From Verrucomicrobiota bacterium (GTDB lineage Bacteria; Verrucomicrobiota; Verrucomicrobiia; Methylacidiphilales; JBCCWR01), in assembly GCA_039193385.1 (NCBI GenBank), contig JBCCWR010000002.1, positions 2,966-66,965 on the forward strand: DNA of 64,000 nt, given 5' to 3'. Of the stretch, positions 8,508-19,600 are shown one piece after another. A program made the position numbers and the translations under genes. The notes below the pieces were generated by a model that worked only from the letters and a program-made list of their open reading frames with translations, was not told the DNA's origin and did not search any database. Numbering within the stretch: position 1 is the stretch's first letter; each line of letters begins with the position of its first letter.

Positions 8508-10367
8508 ATGTTACGAATTTCGGAATACCCCCTTTTCACAAAAATGCGTTATCTGCTTAGTATCAGTCTAACCTTAACCTGCTTAATAGCACCTATCAGT
8601 AGCTTAGCTCAAAAAGACAAGGGGATGGATGAAATGTGGGGGGATCAAACCGCCCAACAAGTTGCTGCGGAATCCAAGCGTGGGTTGCTCTTCAAGCATG
8701 GAAACTATGCTATGTTTATACATTTCGGGCTCTATTCTCAATTGGCCAATAAAGTAGACGGGAAAACCTACTACGGTATCGGGGAATGGATCATGAGCAA
8801 TCGAATGGCCAAGATTCCACCTGAAAAATACAAACAACTGGCTAAGACTTTTAATCCGAAAAATTTCGACGCTAAAGAGATCGCAGCCCTGGCCAAAGAT
8901 GCTGGTATGAAATACATCGTTATCACAGCAAAGCATCATGATGGTTTTGCTTTGTTTGATACCGATTACGATGATTTTAACATCGTCGATGCCACACCCT
9001 TCGGCAGGGATCCCATGCACGAGCTAGCTCAAGCCAGTCGTGACGCTGGACTGGGTTTTGGGTTTTACTACTCCCAGAACCAGGACTGGACATCTCCTGG
9101 TGCGCAGGGAGGACCTCAAAAAGATGCCAACGGCAAACCCGCTACATTCACAGAATATTTTTATCGCGAGTGTCTTCCCCAGGTAAAAGAACTCACCAGC
9201 AACTATGGGCCGCTGGAGATGATCTGGTTTGATACGCCCGGAAATATTCCTAAAAAGCATGTCATGGAGCTTGTGGATGTGGTGAAGAAGAATCAACCCA
9301 CAGCTTTGATGAATAGCCGTATTGGTCAAGGCCTGGGGGACTATGTGACCCTTGGAGATATGGAAGTGCCCATGAAGAAAGTAGAAGGTCTATGGGAGTC
9401 CGTCGATACCACAAACACCTCCTGGGCTTATGCCTGGTATGATGAGGACTGGAAATCGCCAAGGGAAATCCTGAAACGCCTGGTTGGCTGTGTAGGTCGT
9501 GGTGGCACCTACATGCTCAACATCGGACCACGTGGAGATGGAAGTGTGCCCAAGCCTGCGGCTTTGGCACTGAAAGGTGCAGGAGCGTGGATCCAGAACT
9601 ACCCACAAGTAATCTATCATGCAGACCCATCCCCTTGGAACTATGGAATGCCTTGGGGAGACATTACAGCAAATGGAAGTAAACTCTTTCTATCCGTATT
9701 TGACTGGCCTGCATCAGGCCAGCTCTTCCTGGCCGGACTCAAAACCGAAATCAAAAATGCCAAAATTCTCCAGGGAAAGGAAAAATCAGAGGCTATTGGT
9801 TTTGAACAAAACGAAGGCTGGACTCGTTTTACTCTCCCGGATAAAGCTCCTGAGAAACTGGCATCTGTCATAGAGCTTGAGTTGGCTGGAGCACCCGAAG
9901 CCGATTCTACACATGGACTTGACCCAAATGTAGAAACAAGCATCACTGGTGACTTCGCCAAGGTTGACCAAGCTAAATTGGGCAAGACGCGATGGATGGG
10001 AAAGTTTGGAGAATGGTACAGTGCCATCGTTGCTAGTAATTGGCAAAAGGGGTCAAAAACAAGTTGGGATGTATCTGTCCTGGAGCCCGGATACTATCAA
10101 GTACAATTGTCCTATCGTGATAAAGGCCTGGAGTTTAAGCAAGAAGGTGAGCAACCAGGTGGCAATCGTATTGTATGGGCAGTCGAAGTGGAAGGTGGGC
10201 AGAAGATCCAAAATCAGCTCAGTATTTACAGAGTCTTTAAAAAATACGCTGTAGGCTGGCTGCATTTTCCTAAAGCTGGTCGCTATAAAGTTCATGTCAG
10301 CAATGTCGAAGGGGCCTCCTCGACGACAGAGCTGAAAAAGATACATTTCAAAAGAGTACTTTTTTGA
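8508..10367 (+). CDS. Alpha-L-fucosidase (GH29) with a C-terminal beta-sandwich/CBM-like extension
   Basis: GH29 motifs FIHFGLYSQ, KYIVITAKHHDGFALFDT, FGFYYS and WFDTPG. A signal peptide is present if translation starts at the ATG at 8544 (MRYLLSISLTLTCLIAPISSLAQ). Confidence 0.88.
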   Translation: MLRISEYPLFTKMRYLLSISLTLTCLIAPISSLAQKDKGMDEMWGDQTAQQVAAESKRGLLFKHGNYAMFIHFGLYSQLANKVDGKTYYGIGEWIMSNRMAKIPPEKYKQLAKTFNPKNFDAKEIAALAKDAGMKYIVITAKHHDGFALFDTDYDDFNIVDATPFGRDPMHELAQASRDAGLGFGFYYSQNQDWTSPGAQGGPQKDANGKPATFTEYFYRECLPQVKELTSNYGPLEMIWFDTPGNIPKKHVMELVDVVKKNQPTALMNSRIGQGLGDYVTLGDMEVPMKKVEGLWESVDTTNTSWAYAWYDEDWKSPREILKRLVGCVGRGGTYMLNIGPRGDGSVPKPAALALKGAGAWIQNYPQVIYHADPSPWNYGMPWGDITANGSKLFLSVFDWPASGQLFLAGLKTEIKNAKILQGKEKSEAIGFEQNEGWTRFTLPDKAPEKLASVIELELAGAPEADSTHGLDPNVETSITGDFAKVDQAKLGKTRWMGKFGEWYSAIVASNWQKGSKTSWDVSVLEPGYYQVQLSYRDKGLEFKQEGEQPGGNRIVWAVEVEGGQKIQNQLSIYRVFKKYAVGWLHFPKAGRYKVHVSNVEGASSTTELKKIHFKRVLF

Positions 10368-10584
10368 GATGTGTAGGGGAAGCAGCAAGGTAGTGAATCA
10401 TCTATTGGACCACCCGATACCTCAGTAGCATCTGTGTTTTAAACAAGCTCTGGATACTATTATTTTCTGTTTGGGATATCGTGCTATTTGCGTGCGAAGC
10501 AACTCTCATAGCTATACAGTCATTCTCCTTTTTGCTGGTTCTCCCTGGAGCGGATTTGGCGGATGACTCTCTTTTCACGATCGT

Positions 10585-10813
10585 AAATGCCATAGACGGA
10601 GACACGACGACATCTACGGATATCAACGGAACCCTTTTATAAAAATCCGCATGGTGCAATAGAGGGCGAATCAGATGTGTCAAAGCTTGAGGAGAAGAGA
10701 CTTTAGAGACAACACAGTTGTAGCAAAAGGAGATACGATAACTTGGCGATAAAGTCTCCTCTTCGAAGATCCCAAGATCTTGCACAGATAATCGTGTCGC
10801 TATTGCATAACGC
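10585..10813. repeat. Composite copy of the dispersed intergenic repeat family
   Basis: Contains aaatgccatagacggagacacgac (10585-10608), atccgcatggtgcaatagagggcgaatcagatgtgtcaaa (10646-10684) and an inverted arm atcgtgtcgctattgcataacgc (10791-10813). Confidence 0.65.
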
Positions 10814-10885
10814 TATACGCCATTTTGGTAAATGTTATGAATGCTGACTCTTTCCCCCTGCACCCCGCACTCGCTATCTCGAAAA

Positions 10886-12247
10886 TTAAAGCTCTCTTTC
10901 ACCATACGCCCAACCTTTCCGCACTGGATCCTTAATGTATTTGTTCAATGAGGGATCTTTGAATGTCATACTCTTGGGCTCATACTCGACTAACTTTTGC
11001 GAGCGCAGCGCGATCGTTCCGAGAATCACCGTTTCGGTGAGTGGAGCTGCATAGTCAAAGTTAGAGCCGCAACGAGCGATCTCGCCGCGAATCTCTCCAA
11101 TAATTTCGCGAACAGGTCCCCCAATGGCCCGTGGAATGGTCTTCGGAGGCAGTTGGCGACGCATTTCCTTCCAATTCTTCGTGAGCCGGGGGCTCCCAGG
11201 ACGCATGTTTGGCGAATAGATGGAATTTTTATTTCCCAGAAGCAGGCAACCGCCTTCATAGTATATTGCATTGGGATCATTCGAATCCATCTCAGGGGGA
11301 AGTTTGGGAAGTCTGCCTCCCTCGTACCAAAATACTTTGACAGCAGGCCGGTTCGCAGCGGCAGCAAATTCGTACACATACGTCGCTGCCTCAGGTTTTG
11401 GATTCTTCACACCGTAGTCAGAACTATAATCGAGGTCGGACATGTAAACCTTGGCAGGGTAGCCAAGACTCAGAGCATATTTTGGAATGTCCAAAGTGTG
11501 ACATCCGATATCTCCCAAGCCCCCAAGGCCAAATTCCCAAAACCAGCGCCAGCCTCTGGGGTGATAAGCGATGTTATAGTCTCTATAGGCCGCCGGACCT
11601 AGCCAGAGATCCCAATCTAGACTATCGGGAATCGGCTGCCCAATAGGCTGAGACTTTTTTACAGTAGAAATGTTTTTCGTAGTCCGGTTTGTCCAGGCGT
11701 GCACCTCGCGCACTTCCCCAAGAAGCCCAGCTTCATACCATTCGCGAATGTAACGCATACCCTCTAGCGTATGGCCCTGATTACCCATTACAGTAGCGAC
11801 ACTGAACTTTCGCGCTGCCGCTTGCAGGGTGCGCGCTTGCCAGATATCGTGAGTGAGAGGTTTTTGAGTATGGACAGCGATCCCACGTTCCATGGCCGCA
11901 TAAGTAGCAGCAAAGTGGGTGTGATCTGGTGTGCTAACAATGACTAGATCCAACTCTTTATAATGGGTATCCAGCATCTTGCGAAAATCCTTATAGCGTT
12001 TGGCATTGGGAAACGCTTTGAACCCAAGTGCACCCACTTCGAAATCAACATCCGCTATGGCTACCACATTATGGTCCCTACAGTCGTGAAACGCAGTCTT
12101 GGCTATGCCTCCACCACCGATCAGTGCAATATTCACCTTGAAATTTGCATTTAAGCCTGTTTTTCCAATAGAAAATGGCGAACAAATAAATGAGCCCCCT
12201 ACGGCTATAGTGGTTTTTAGATAAGTTCTTCTGGAAACAGAGTTCAT
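10886..12247 (-). CDS. Gfo/Idh/MocA-family oxidoreductase with a twin-arginine signal
   Basis: N-terminus MNSVSRRTYLKTTIAVGGS looks like a Tat signal. Rossmann motif IALIGGGGIAKT. VIVSTPDHTH and GNQGH segments are typical of the glycoside-3-dehydrogenase-like branch. The ATG at 12247 is preferred over 12277. Confidence 0.85.
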   Translation of the reverse strand: MNSVSRRTYLKTTIAVGGSFICSPFSIGKTGLNANFKVNIALIGGGGIAKTAFHDCRDHNVVAIADVDFEVGALGFKAFPNAKRYKDFRKMLDTHYKELDLVIVSTPDHTHFAATYAAMERGIAVHTQKPLTHDIWQARTLQAAARKFSVATVMGNQGHTLEGMRYIREWYEAGLLGEVREVHAWTNRTTKNISTVKKSQPIGQPIPDSLDWDLWLGPAAYRDYNIAYHPRGWRWFWEFGLGGLGDIGCHTLDIPKYALSLGYPAKVYMSDLDYSSDYGVKNPKPEAATYVYEFAAAANRPAVKVFWYEGGRLPKLPPEMDSNDPNAIYYEGGCLLLGNKNSIYSPNMRPGSPRLTKNWKEMRRQLPPKTIPRAIGGPVREIIGEIRGEIARCGSNFDYAAPLTETVILGTIALRSQKLVEYEPKSMTFKDPSLNKYIKDPVRKGWAYGEREL

Positions 12248-12338
12248 CTGTAAAAAGAAAAAGCCCGCCACAAGCAAGCCATTCAGCTTGTCTTTATATT
12301 AATTGTATCATTTTTTCCAGCTTTTTAAGCTCTTCGTT

Positions 12339-12375
12339 AAACCGCATGATGCCATAGGCGCAAACACGACCATAG
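12339..12375 (+). repeat. Copy of the dispersed intergenic repeat (left-half type)
   Basis: aaaccgcatgatgccataggcgcaaacacgaccatag. It shares CCGCATGATGCCATAG with 31040-31059 and the extension ..ACACGACC.. with 8368-8398 (reverse complement) and 10585-10608. Confidence 0.65.
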
Positions 12376-12452
12376 CTATGAAGATAAACCGAACCATTTG
12401 TTCCTCTCCAATCAAGATAATTTATTGCACTTAATGTTTGAATTCGGGTGCG

Positions 12453-13502
12453 CTATAAAGACTTTACCCAGAAATTGCGAAACTGGATTCGGTGGCCGTG
12501 GTCTTGCAAAAGGATGGGCGCCGGACCTTGGATGTGTGGCTTGAGACGGTTAAGTTCGGTGAATCCGGAACGCTCAAATATCTCTTGGTCTTTATGAATG
12601 AGTTCGCCGTTATGGTAAACGGTGATTTCAGGTGCCTGTATCAATTTTCCTGATTCATCGAATTGAGCGGCTCGAAAAGTAATATCGTAAGTCTGCCATT
12701 GCCCCGGCGGGCGGCTGCGATTCACTTTTGACGGAGCTACGCGATAGATTGAGCCTGCTTCTGTCCATCCAGATTCAAAACCATAGCTATCGAGTATTTG
12801 AACTTCATATGCGTTTTGGATAAAAATGCCACTGTTGCCACGCCCCTGTCCGGAATGTTCGGGCTCGTAGGGGAGCTTGAATTCGAGGTGAATCTCGCAG
12901 TCTGCATAGACATTTTTCGTAAACAGATGGCCCCCACTCTTGTTGCCTTCTTTGCGAGGAAAGGTCTCTAGGACGCCTCCGGGCAGCAGCTCCCAAGTAG
13001 CGGGTTTACCGTCACCATGTTCGAAACCTGACAAAGTGTCTGCAGGCAGAATAACATCCGCACCCTCGGGTGCTTTACGTCTCAATGTTTGCGAGATTCG
13101 CACGACTCTTTTGAGTTCGAAGGGCAATTCATCAACTTTACCTTTACCCCGTTTCATCGTTCGTTTGCCCTTCCAGCCATCAGGCCCGAGTTCAAACTCC
13201 CATTGCTTATCTTTATACTGAATGATTCCATCTAGGGGCTTGAGCACCTTTTCAAAATCAAGATTCGCGCGGCGCTCGAATGCATTCATCATTTTCACAT
13301 GGAACGCTCCTCCATTCACCCCAACCACTTGGGCAACGATTGAGGGATTATCGAAACCATAAGATTTGGGCGGAGCATCAATATAAGCGCCCTGCCAGTC
13401 TCCCATAATTAGGGGCACCTCATCGGCATGCAAGACCGTCAGCAAGACACAGGTAAGGATTGAGAATGGAAAAAATGTAAAACGAAGTGAGGCGGTTAAC
13501 AT
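12453..13502 (-). CDS. DUF1080 (3-keto-disaccharide hydrolase-like) secreted protein
   Basis: Signal peptide present. The C-terminal half carries GNSGIFIQNAYEVQILDSYG, PGQWQTYDITF and ILLQDHGHRIQFRNFWVKSL, the classic DUF1080 signature. Confidence 0.8.
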   Translation of the reverse strand: MLTASLRFTFFPFSILTCVLLTVLHADEVPLIMGDWQGAYIDAPPKSYGFDNPSIVAQVVGVNGGAFHVKMMNAFERRANLDFEKVLKPLDGIIQYKDKQWEFELGPDGWKGKRTMKRGKGKVDELPFELKRVVRISQTLRRKAPEGADVILPADTLSGFEHGDGKPATWELLPGGVLETFPRKEGNKSGGHLFTKNVYADCEIHLEFKLPYEPEHSGQGRGNSGIFIQNAYEVQILDSYGFESGWTEAGSIYRVAPSKVNRSRPPGQWQTYDITFRAAQFDESGKLIQAPEITVYHNGELIHKDQEIFERSGFTELNRLKPHIQGPAPILLQDHGHRIQFRNFWVKSL

Positions 13503-13791
13503 GATTTTTTTATATAGTAAGTTTCTTTACCGGATTCAAGTAGATCAGTGAGAACCCTGAAATGACTCCTACAATCCCCAGGCAGTTTTGATCTGAAAGA
13601 CATCTTGTTAGTAAAATTGGCCAAATTGAAATTCCGGCTCATCTGAGATCGGCCTCCGAAACGGGTGTATCCTACATTTAGACGACCGATCCAGCCCTGG
13701 ATTCGATCGTCAGGGAAAAGAGATATACAACCTAAAAAGAACAGTAGTCTGCGTAAAGGACGCATGCTAACAATCAAACCTATATAAAAAA

Positions 13792-15234
13792 TCACTGGCG
13801 AGTGCCACGCTTTCGCAAGTCATCCAACATGCTTTGCATTTGGCTGACTACCTCTGGATTTTCAGAAATCACATTGTTTTCTTCCGAGGGATCTATCCTT
13901 AAATTATAGAGGCTCGGTCTTGCTTGTGGCTCATAGACTTGTTTGAGCTTGTCGGGCAGGTTATCGGGCATTTTTCCATCCACATATTTCCAGTTTCCAT
14001 GACGAATAGCCTGAATACCTGCCGCGTTGGTGGTGATCATAGCTGGGCGGGCTTCTTGCTTCTGGCCGAGTAGGGTAGGTGCAAAGCTGATACTGTCGGG
14101 GGCATCCTGTACCGTCGGTGCATCCCCGCTGATCACTTGCACGAGTGTCGCGTAGATATCTACAATATTGACGGGGGTATCACTTACTGCTCCGACAGAG
14201 ATTTTCCCATCCCAACGAACCAGCAAAGGAACGCGTGCACCCCCTTCATAGATTGAGTGTTTGTCACCGCGGTATTTTCCATTCAATGCCAGGCCTTGGG
14301 CAATTGCCTGTTTTTCCGGACGCTGTTTATCTGCCATGGGGATATCAGCGCCGTTGTCTGCTGTGAAAATAATTATGGTTTCCTCATCGATACCCTCGTA
14401 TTCGAGTGCCCTTATGATTCGCCCTACTGACAAGTCGAGATCCTGGATAAAGTCGCCAAAAGCCCCGGCTCCGCTGGCACCACGCATGGTCTCCGAGGGA
14501 ACGATGGGGTGGTGGGTAGCAGCTGGTGCGAAGTAAAGAAAGAAAGGTTGATTGGATCCACTACGATGTGTTTTTTTGATCCACTCTATAGCTTTGTCTG
14601 TCATAAACTCTGAGGCCGTCTCTCGGTTGCGCTGAGGGGCATCAAGTCCCAAATACTTCTTACCATAAAAGCTGCTCGCGTAAGGACTGAGTTTCTTGGA
14701 TCGCAAACCCCATACTCCATCATTTTCGATCCACACTCGAAGCATATCATCAAGGTTTTGTGGAAGACCGAAATGATAATCAAACCCAACATCATTCGGC
14801 CCAGGCGATAGCTTCTCAGTCCATACGACAGGTCTTTTATTACCATAACCCAAATGCCACTTACCGATTTGCGCGGTGGTGTAGCCGAGCTTTTGAAAAT
14901 ACTTGGGGAGTGTGGTGCGATCGGTCGCAACGACCAAAGGATCATACACATTTACAACACCAAAGGGAAGCGGGCCGCGCCAGGCATATTCCCCAGTTAA
15001 CAATGCGTAGCGCGTCGGTGAGCAGATGGAGCCTGGCGCGTTGGCGTTGGTAAACATCATTCCCTTTTCAGCCAGCTGATTGAGGCTCGGAGTTCGTATG
15101 AATTCCTTAGACGCACCATAGGCATTGACATGGCCCACGCCAAAGTCATCCGCCATAATCAATACTACATTGGGCTTTCCGTTAAGGATGCTTACTCCCA
15201 GTAAGCTTATGAGGAATGCACTGAGTGTCTTCAC
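13792..15234 (-). CDS. Arylsulfatase (S1 formylglycine-dependent sulfatase)
   Basis: PNVVLIMADDFG, then the sulfatase signature SICSPTRYALLTGEY (C-x-P-x-R), plus GKWHLG and FTADNG. A signal peptide is present. Confidence 0.92.
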   Translation of the reverse strand: MKTLSAFLISLLGVSILNGKPNVVLIMADDFGVGHVNAYGASKEFIRTPSLNQLAEKGMMFTNANAPGSICSPTRYALLTGEYAWRGPLPFGVVNVYDPLVVATDRTTLPKYFQKLGYTTAQIGKWHLGYGNKRPVVWTEKLSPGPNDVGFDYHFGLPQNLDDMLRVWIENDGVWGLRSKKLSPYASSFYGKKYLGLDAPQRNRETASEFMTDKAIEWIKKTHRSGSNQPFFLYFAPAATHHPIVPSETMRGASGAGAFGDFIQDLDLSVGRIIRALEYEGIDEETIIIFTADNGADIPMADKQRPEKQAIAQGLALNGKYRGDKHSIYEGGARVPLLVRWDGKISVGAVSDTPVNIVDIYATLVQVISGDAPTVQDAPDSISFAPTLLGQKQEARPAMITTNAAGIQAIRHGNWKYVDGKMPDNLPDKLKQVYEPQARPSLYNLRIDPSEENNVISENPEVVSQMQSMLDDLRKRGTRQ

Positions 15235-15294
15235 AAAAGCACAGTATAGCCCTTACGATTAGATTGTCGAATAGGGCCAAACATCAGGGACTCG

Positions 15295-16416
15295 TTATTT
15301 AATTCCTGGCATTTTCTGAATATTGGGAACTGACTTCTTAATAGGATTTGCCTTCAGGAGCTCGGCGGTTTCTGCAAGGATCGCATAGGCTTCTGGTTGT
15401 ACGACCCCATTGCCGTCAGGCCCTACATTAAGGAGGAGCGCTCCACCCTTTTCGTTGATATCCTTGAGTTTGTCGTAAACGGTCTGGGCACTCTTCCATG
15501 CATCATCGCTTTTCTTGTAGCCCCACGAGTAATTCATGGTGTAACAACCTTCCCAGTGCATGGCAAAGGCGTCCTTAAAATGCTTCTGTTCCTGGGTGAC
15601 GTAATCGAGTTCAAAAGTCTTCCTTTTGGCCACTCGGTTGTTGACGATGACATTGCGGTCAGCATTACGGATGGCGTTATAGAGTTCGATGCCATCTTTC
15701 ATCGTCCACCACTTCACCCAATCGCCGTCGAACCACAAAACACTTGGTTCATATTTCTCGATGAGTTCCAGCACCTGGTTGCGCTGGTAATCGACATATT
15801 CCTGTTTCCGATCATCGACGATCTGCGTGTTACGCGCATTTCCCTTTTTACCCAGATCAACGGGACGCGCTTGGGTGTGATGGTGCCAATCGAGAATACT
15901 GTAATAGAGACCAAAACGAATGCCGTGTTTATCGCAAGCTTGCTTGAGCTCCATCAGTAAGTCGCGGTCTTTGATCGGAGTAGCCGCAATGTCATAGTCC
16001 GTATAGGCACTATCCCAGAGGCAGAAACCTTCATGGTGCTTTGAAGTAATGACCAGATAAGTCATACCTGCCTTTTTGGCCGCAGACACGATGGTCTCAG
16101 CATCGAAGTCAGCAGGGTTGAATTCCTTGGCCAACTCGGCGTATTCCTCCCGATCGATATTCAAGGTGCCCATGATCCATTCGGAGTAGACACTCCCGCC
16201 CCCGCCATTTTTATTGGGGAGGCGCTGGTCTTTCCATTCGCCCCCCAATATGGAATACAAGCCAAAGTGGATGAACATGCCGTATTGCGTATCGGCAAAC
16301 CACTGCATGCGCGTGTTATATTCTTCAAGGGATTCGGACTTAAGTTCAGCAGCCTGAGATAAGGAATTACTGGAAACGATAAAAATGGATACGAGGACTA
16401 TTAATGATCTTTTCAT
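15295..16416 (-). CDS. Alpha-L-fucosidase (GH29)
   Basis: FIHFGLYS, TYLVITSKHHEGFCLWDS, FGLYYS and LWFDGDW. Signal peptide present. 373 aa, catalytic domain only. Confidence 0.9.
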   Translation of the reverse strand: MKRSLIVLVSIFIVSSNSLSQAAELKSESLEEYNTRMQWFADTQYGMFIHFGLYSILGGEWKDQRLPNKNGGGGSVYSEWIMGTLNIDREEYAELAKEFNPADFDAETIVSAAKKAGMTYLVITSKHHEGFCLWDSAYTDYDIAATPIKDRDLLMELKQACDKHGIRFGLYYSILDWHHHTQARPVDLGKKGNARNTQIVDDRKQEYVDYQRNQVLELIEKYEPSVLWFDGDWVKWWTMKDGIELYNAIRNADRNVIVNNRVAKRKTFELDYVTQEQKHFKDAFAMHWEGCYTMNYSWGYKKSDDAWKSAQTVYDKLKDINEKGGALLLNVGPDGNGVVQPEAYAILAETAELLKANPIKKSVPNIQKMPGIK

Positions 16417-16591
16417 AACAAAATAAAGTTAATTTGAACTATTTTTTGCATTAAACCAATGCAAAAAAAGAAAAAAAGGAGGCGAAAAAGAAAAATTACA
16501 CCCAGGAGGAGCAGCCTTTCTCTGGAGTTAATTAGAAAAAGGCTACAGGCCAGACGCGATTGAAATGACATTAGCCGCACCATTGAGACTT

Positions 16592-16611
16592 AAACCCACA
16601 TCATGCGGGTT
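16592..16611 (-). repeat. Copy of the dispersed intergenic repeat (core only, inverted)
   Basis: The reverse complement reads aacccgcatgatgtgggttt and shares AACCCGCATGATG with 31040. It can fold as AACCC-loop-GGGTT. It lies just 3' of the 1354-aa gene. Confidence 0.5.
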
Positions 16612-16619
16612 CAATCAGA

Positions 16620-19600
16620 TTAGTCGGTCTCTAAAAATGCGCTGGATATAATCTGCAGGCCAGACATTGCATCAACACCTCCATTGGATTGAAGCTGTCC
16701 CGTTATCTCACCTGTGCTAGTGGAAGTGTACGTAAAGTCTATGTAGTTTACGCTGGGCATCCTAAAGAATTCGTTATTTGCTGGCACACTAAACAAACCT
16801 GAATTAACCGCATAATTACCAGTGCCTGAAACTTGCCCGAAAATACGGATGGTGTATTCCGTATCTGGACTTAAGCCGCTAAAGCGCCAGCGGAGGTTTT
16901 TACCAGCTACCCTTAGCTGCGTATAGACTAAATCCCTTCCCAGTGTGTCATTCGCATTGGTGTCCTCCCAAGTTCGATAAACCCTTCCTTCGTAATTCAA
17001 CTCAAATTGAACCGATGTCGTATTACCCTGTCCATCGATCAGGTTACTGAGCGTCGGATTGGTTATTAATGATAGGGCATCTCCCGGGCCTACAACGAGA
17101 CTGTTCCATGCTCCTTCCTGCCCCGCTAAAGGTACCATGGCAGCATTTCCCGGTGTTGTGTCAGAACCAGCATAGGTGTTTACGCCACCCGTCTTTGTGG
17201 TATCGAAGTCGATGCTGATTAGATCGCTAACTTCTGTTACATCAATCTCCAACTGAACCTCTGCAAGGCCTCCCTGACCATCAGATGCCTCTATCACAAA
17301 GACGTTATTGCCTGCATCACTGTTGGTAGGCGTTCCGCTCAGAGTTCCATCAGCCGCCACATTCAACCAACCTGGACCAGAGACTTTGCTATAGCTCAAT
17401 ACATCACCATCGACATCAGTGGCTGTGCCGGCAATCGTGCCACTGTAAACGCTGCCTCCGCTTGCACCCCCTACCGTGATCACATCCTCACCAAAGGTTG
17501 GTTGATAGTTAAAGGCTGAGGTAGTGCTGGAAGTGATCTGCAAGCCAGACATAGCACTGATGGTGCCATCGGAATTGAGTCGGCCGGTGATTTGGCCCTG
17601 GCTATCCGAGACCACAGTAAAGTCCATATAATTCTGCAGGGGCATCGGAATCAGTGAGCTATTGACTGCAAAATAACCACGATTGCTGGACCAGCCATCA
17701 GAACCGGAAACCTGGCCGAAGACACGGATGGTGTATTGGGTATCCGGCCGCAAGCCATTGAAGCGCCATTTCAGATTTCTGCCTGCTATACCATACTGCG
17801 TATAGACCACATCGCGCCCTAGTAAATCAGGTGTACTGCTATCTTCCCAGGTTCGATAAACTAGCCCTTGGTAATTCAATTCAAAATGAACTGATGTCGC
17901 TTGTCCTTTGCCATCTATGAGATTACTAAGCACCGGATTGGTTCGTAGAGATTGGGTATCTCCAGAACCCACCCCAAGACTATTCCACAAACCACTCTGG
18001 CCGGGCAGAGGCATCATACTGGCATTTCCAGGGGTTATGCCTGAGCCGGAATACGTATTCATACTACCGGTCTTCGTGGTATCAAAATCGATACTGAGCA
18101 AAGCTTGCGCTGCTACCACTGTAATGTTGAGCTGAACTTCATCCGTGCCGCCCTGGCCATCTGCAACCATAACGGTGAAGTAGTTAACGCCCAGATCGCT
18201 CGATGTAGGCGTGCCGCTGAGCGTACCATCCGCTGCTATAGTGAGCCACGGTAATCCAGAGACTTTGCTGTATGTTAGCGTGTCTCCATCAGCATCTGTG
18301 GCTGATCCTGCGATGGTGTCGCTGTAAGCAACGTCTTCGTTGGCATCAAGACCATTGATAGGGTCGACGTTAAAGACAGGTGGGTTGTTTGGCGGTGTCG
18401 GGCCTCCAGCGATACTACCAGATGCGTAGATACGAATGTCATCTAAAGTCGAGAATTCTTTAGCTGCACCATTAGCATTACCTTTAAATCGGAATCGAGT
18501 TTGATTTGTCAGGGTATAATCAGCAATCGTAACTCTCTCGTCGACATAAGTTGTCCAGTTACGCGGGTCATCGCTTGTCAATTTACCTCGCCCAATTTTG
18601 TGGACTCCGGTCCAGCTTTTTCCGCTGTTGGTAGACATCTCCAATTTGTGTCCTTCTCCACTTTCCAGGTTGGCTAAACTGAAGGTATATTCCACTGTCA
18701 CCTCGGTATAGCCATCTAGCGGAAGATCATGGGTGCTTGAGAGTGTAGAATCGTCTCCGTTTTGAATGACTCTGATTCTGTAACTTCCGTCACCATTCTC
18801 TACCCTTATGCATCGGGCACCCCCACTCGCCCAGTTGCCAAAACCACTTTCGAAATCGTCGGATTGAATGAGGGATTCATTGCCGGAGACGACCAGAAGG
18901 TTCATCGTCGCGATATCGTTTTCACCGTTTCCATTAGAAACATTTATTGTAAAAGTATTACTTCCGATATCTGCGGCGGAGGGGGTTCCACTTAGCGTGC
19001 CATCCGCAGCGACACTTAACCATCCCGGTCCGGAGATCTTTAGGTAGCTAACGGTATCTCCATTTGGGTCAAAGGCTCGGTCCGCGATGGAACCGGTGTA
19101 AGCGTTTCCACTGTAGGCTTTGTTTGCGATTAATGAATCGATGATGAAGTTTGGCGCTGTAGGTTCGGTCCCCGCCTTATACATCTGGACCGCCAGGTAG
19201 GGATCGTTGGGCATGGTGATGGAGAAACTACCGGATTGGATGCCCTTATCGGTTATTGTCATATTCCACGTATCCAGCAAGCTCACTCGGTAATCGATAC
19301 CGGCAGGCATATTATAGTTGCGGCTGGTGGCGGTCTGGTCGCCATAGTAATAAAGAAAATAGTCGTCTCCGTTTTGGGCGGCTTGCTCATCACCGCTGAC
19401 GGGTTCGAGTTTCTTCTCGGGGATATGATTCATTAGTGTATCGAACCAATCGATACGTGCAGGACTGGTGCCTTTTAAGCTGCCTCCCCGTGACCACCAA
19501 AGAATATTGTCCGGCGAAAGGTAACACTCGCCATGACCTAAATAGGTGCCTTTAACCGTGGCATCCCAATAGCGCGCCGTCATTTCCTCGCCGCTCAATT

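Noticed and set aside
10402-10785. 127-aa minus-strand ORF in the gap between the fucosidase and oxidoreductase genes
   Set aside because: It has no recognisable motif, signal or start context. It is built largely from the dispersed repeat copies at 10585-10813, so it is more likely non-coding repeat DNA.
13496-13795. Small minus-strand ORF between the sulfatase and DUF1080 genes. From the internal ATG at 13762 it would have a lipobox-like LFFLGC.
   Set aside because: It could be a small lipoprotein, but there is no family signature and both ends overlap neighbouring genes. The support is not enough to annotate it.
16442-16469. Perfect AT-rich hairpin ttttttgcatt-aaacc-aatgcaaaaaaa downstream of the 1354-aa gene
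   Set aside because: The stem has only two G:C pairs and is symmetric A/T-rich. It is too weak to call an intrinsic terminator with confidence.
16623-18390. Regularly spaced ~885-nt repeats, considered as a possible repeat array or CRISPR-like structure
   Set aside because: The repeats are in-frame coding duplications within one long ORF. They have no short direct repeats or spacers.
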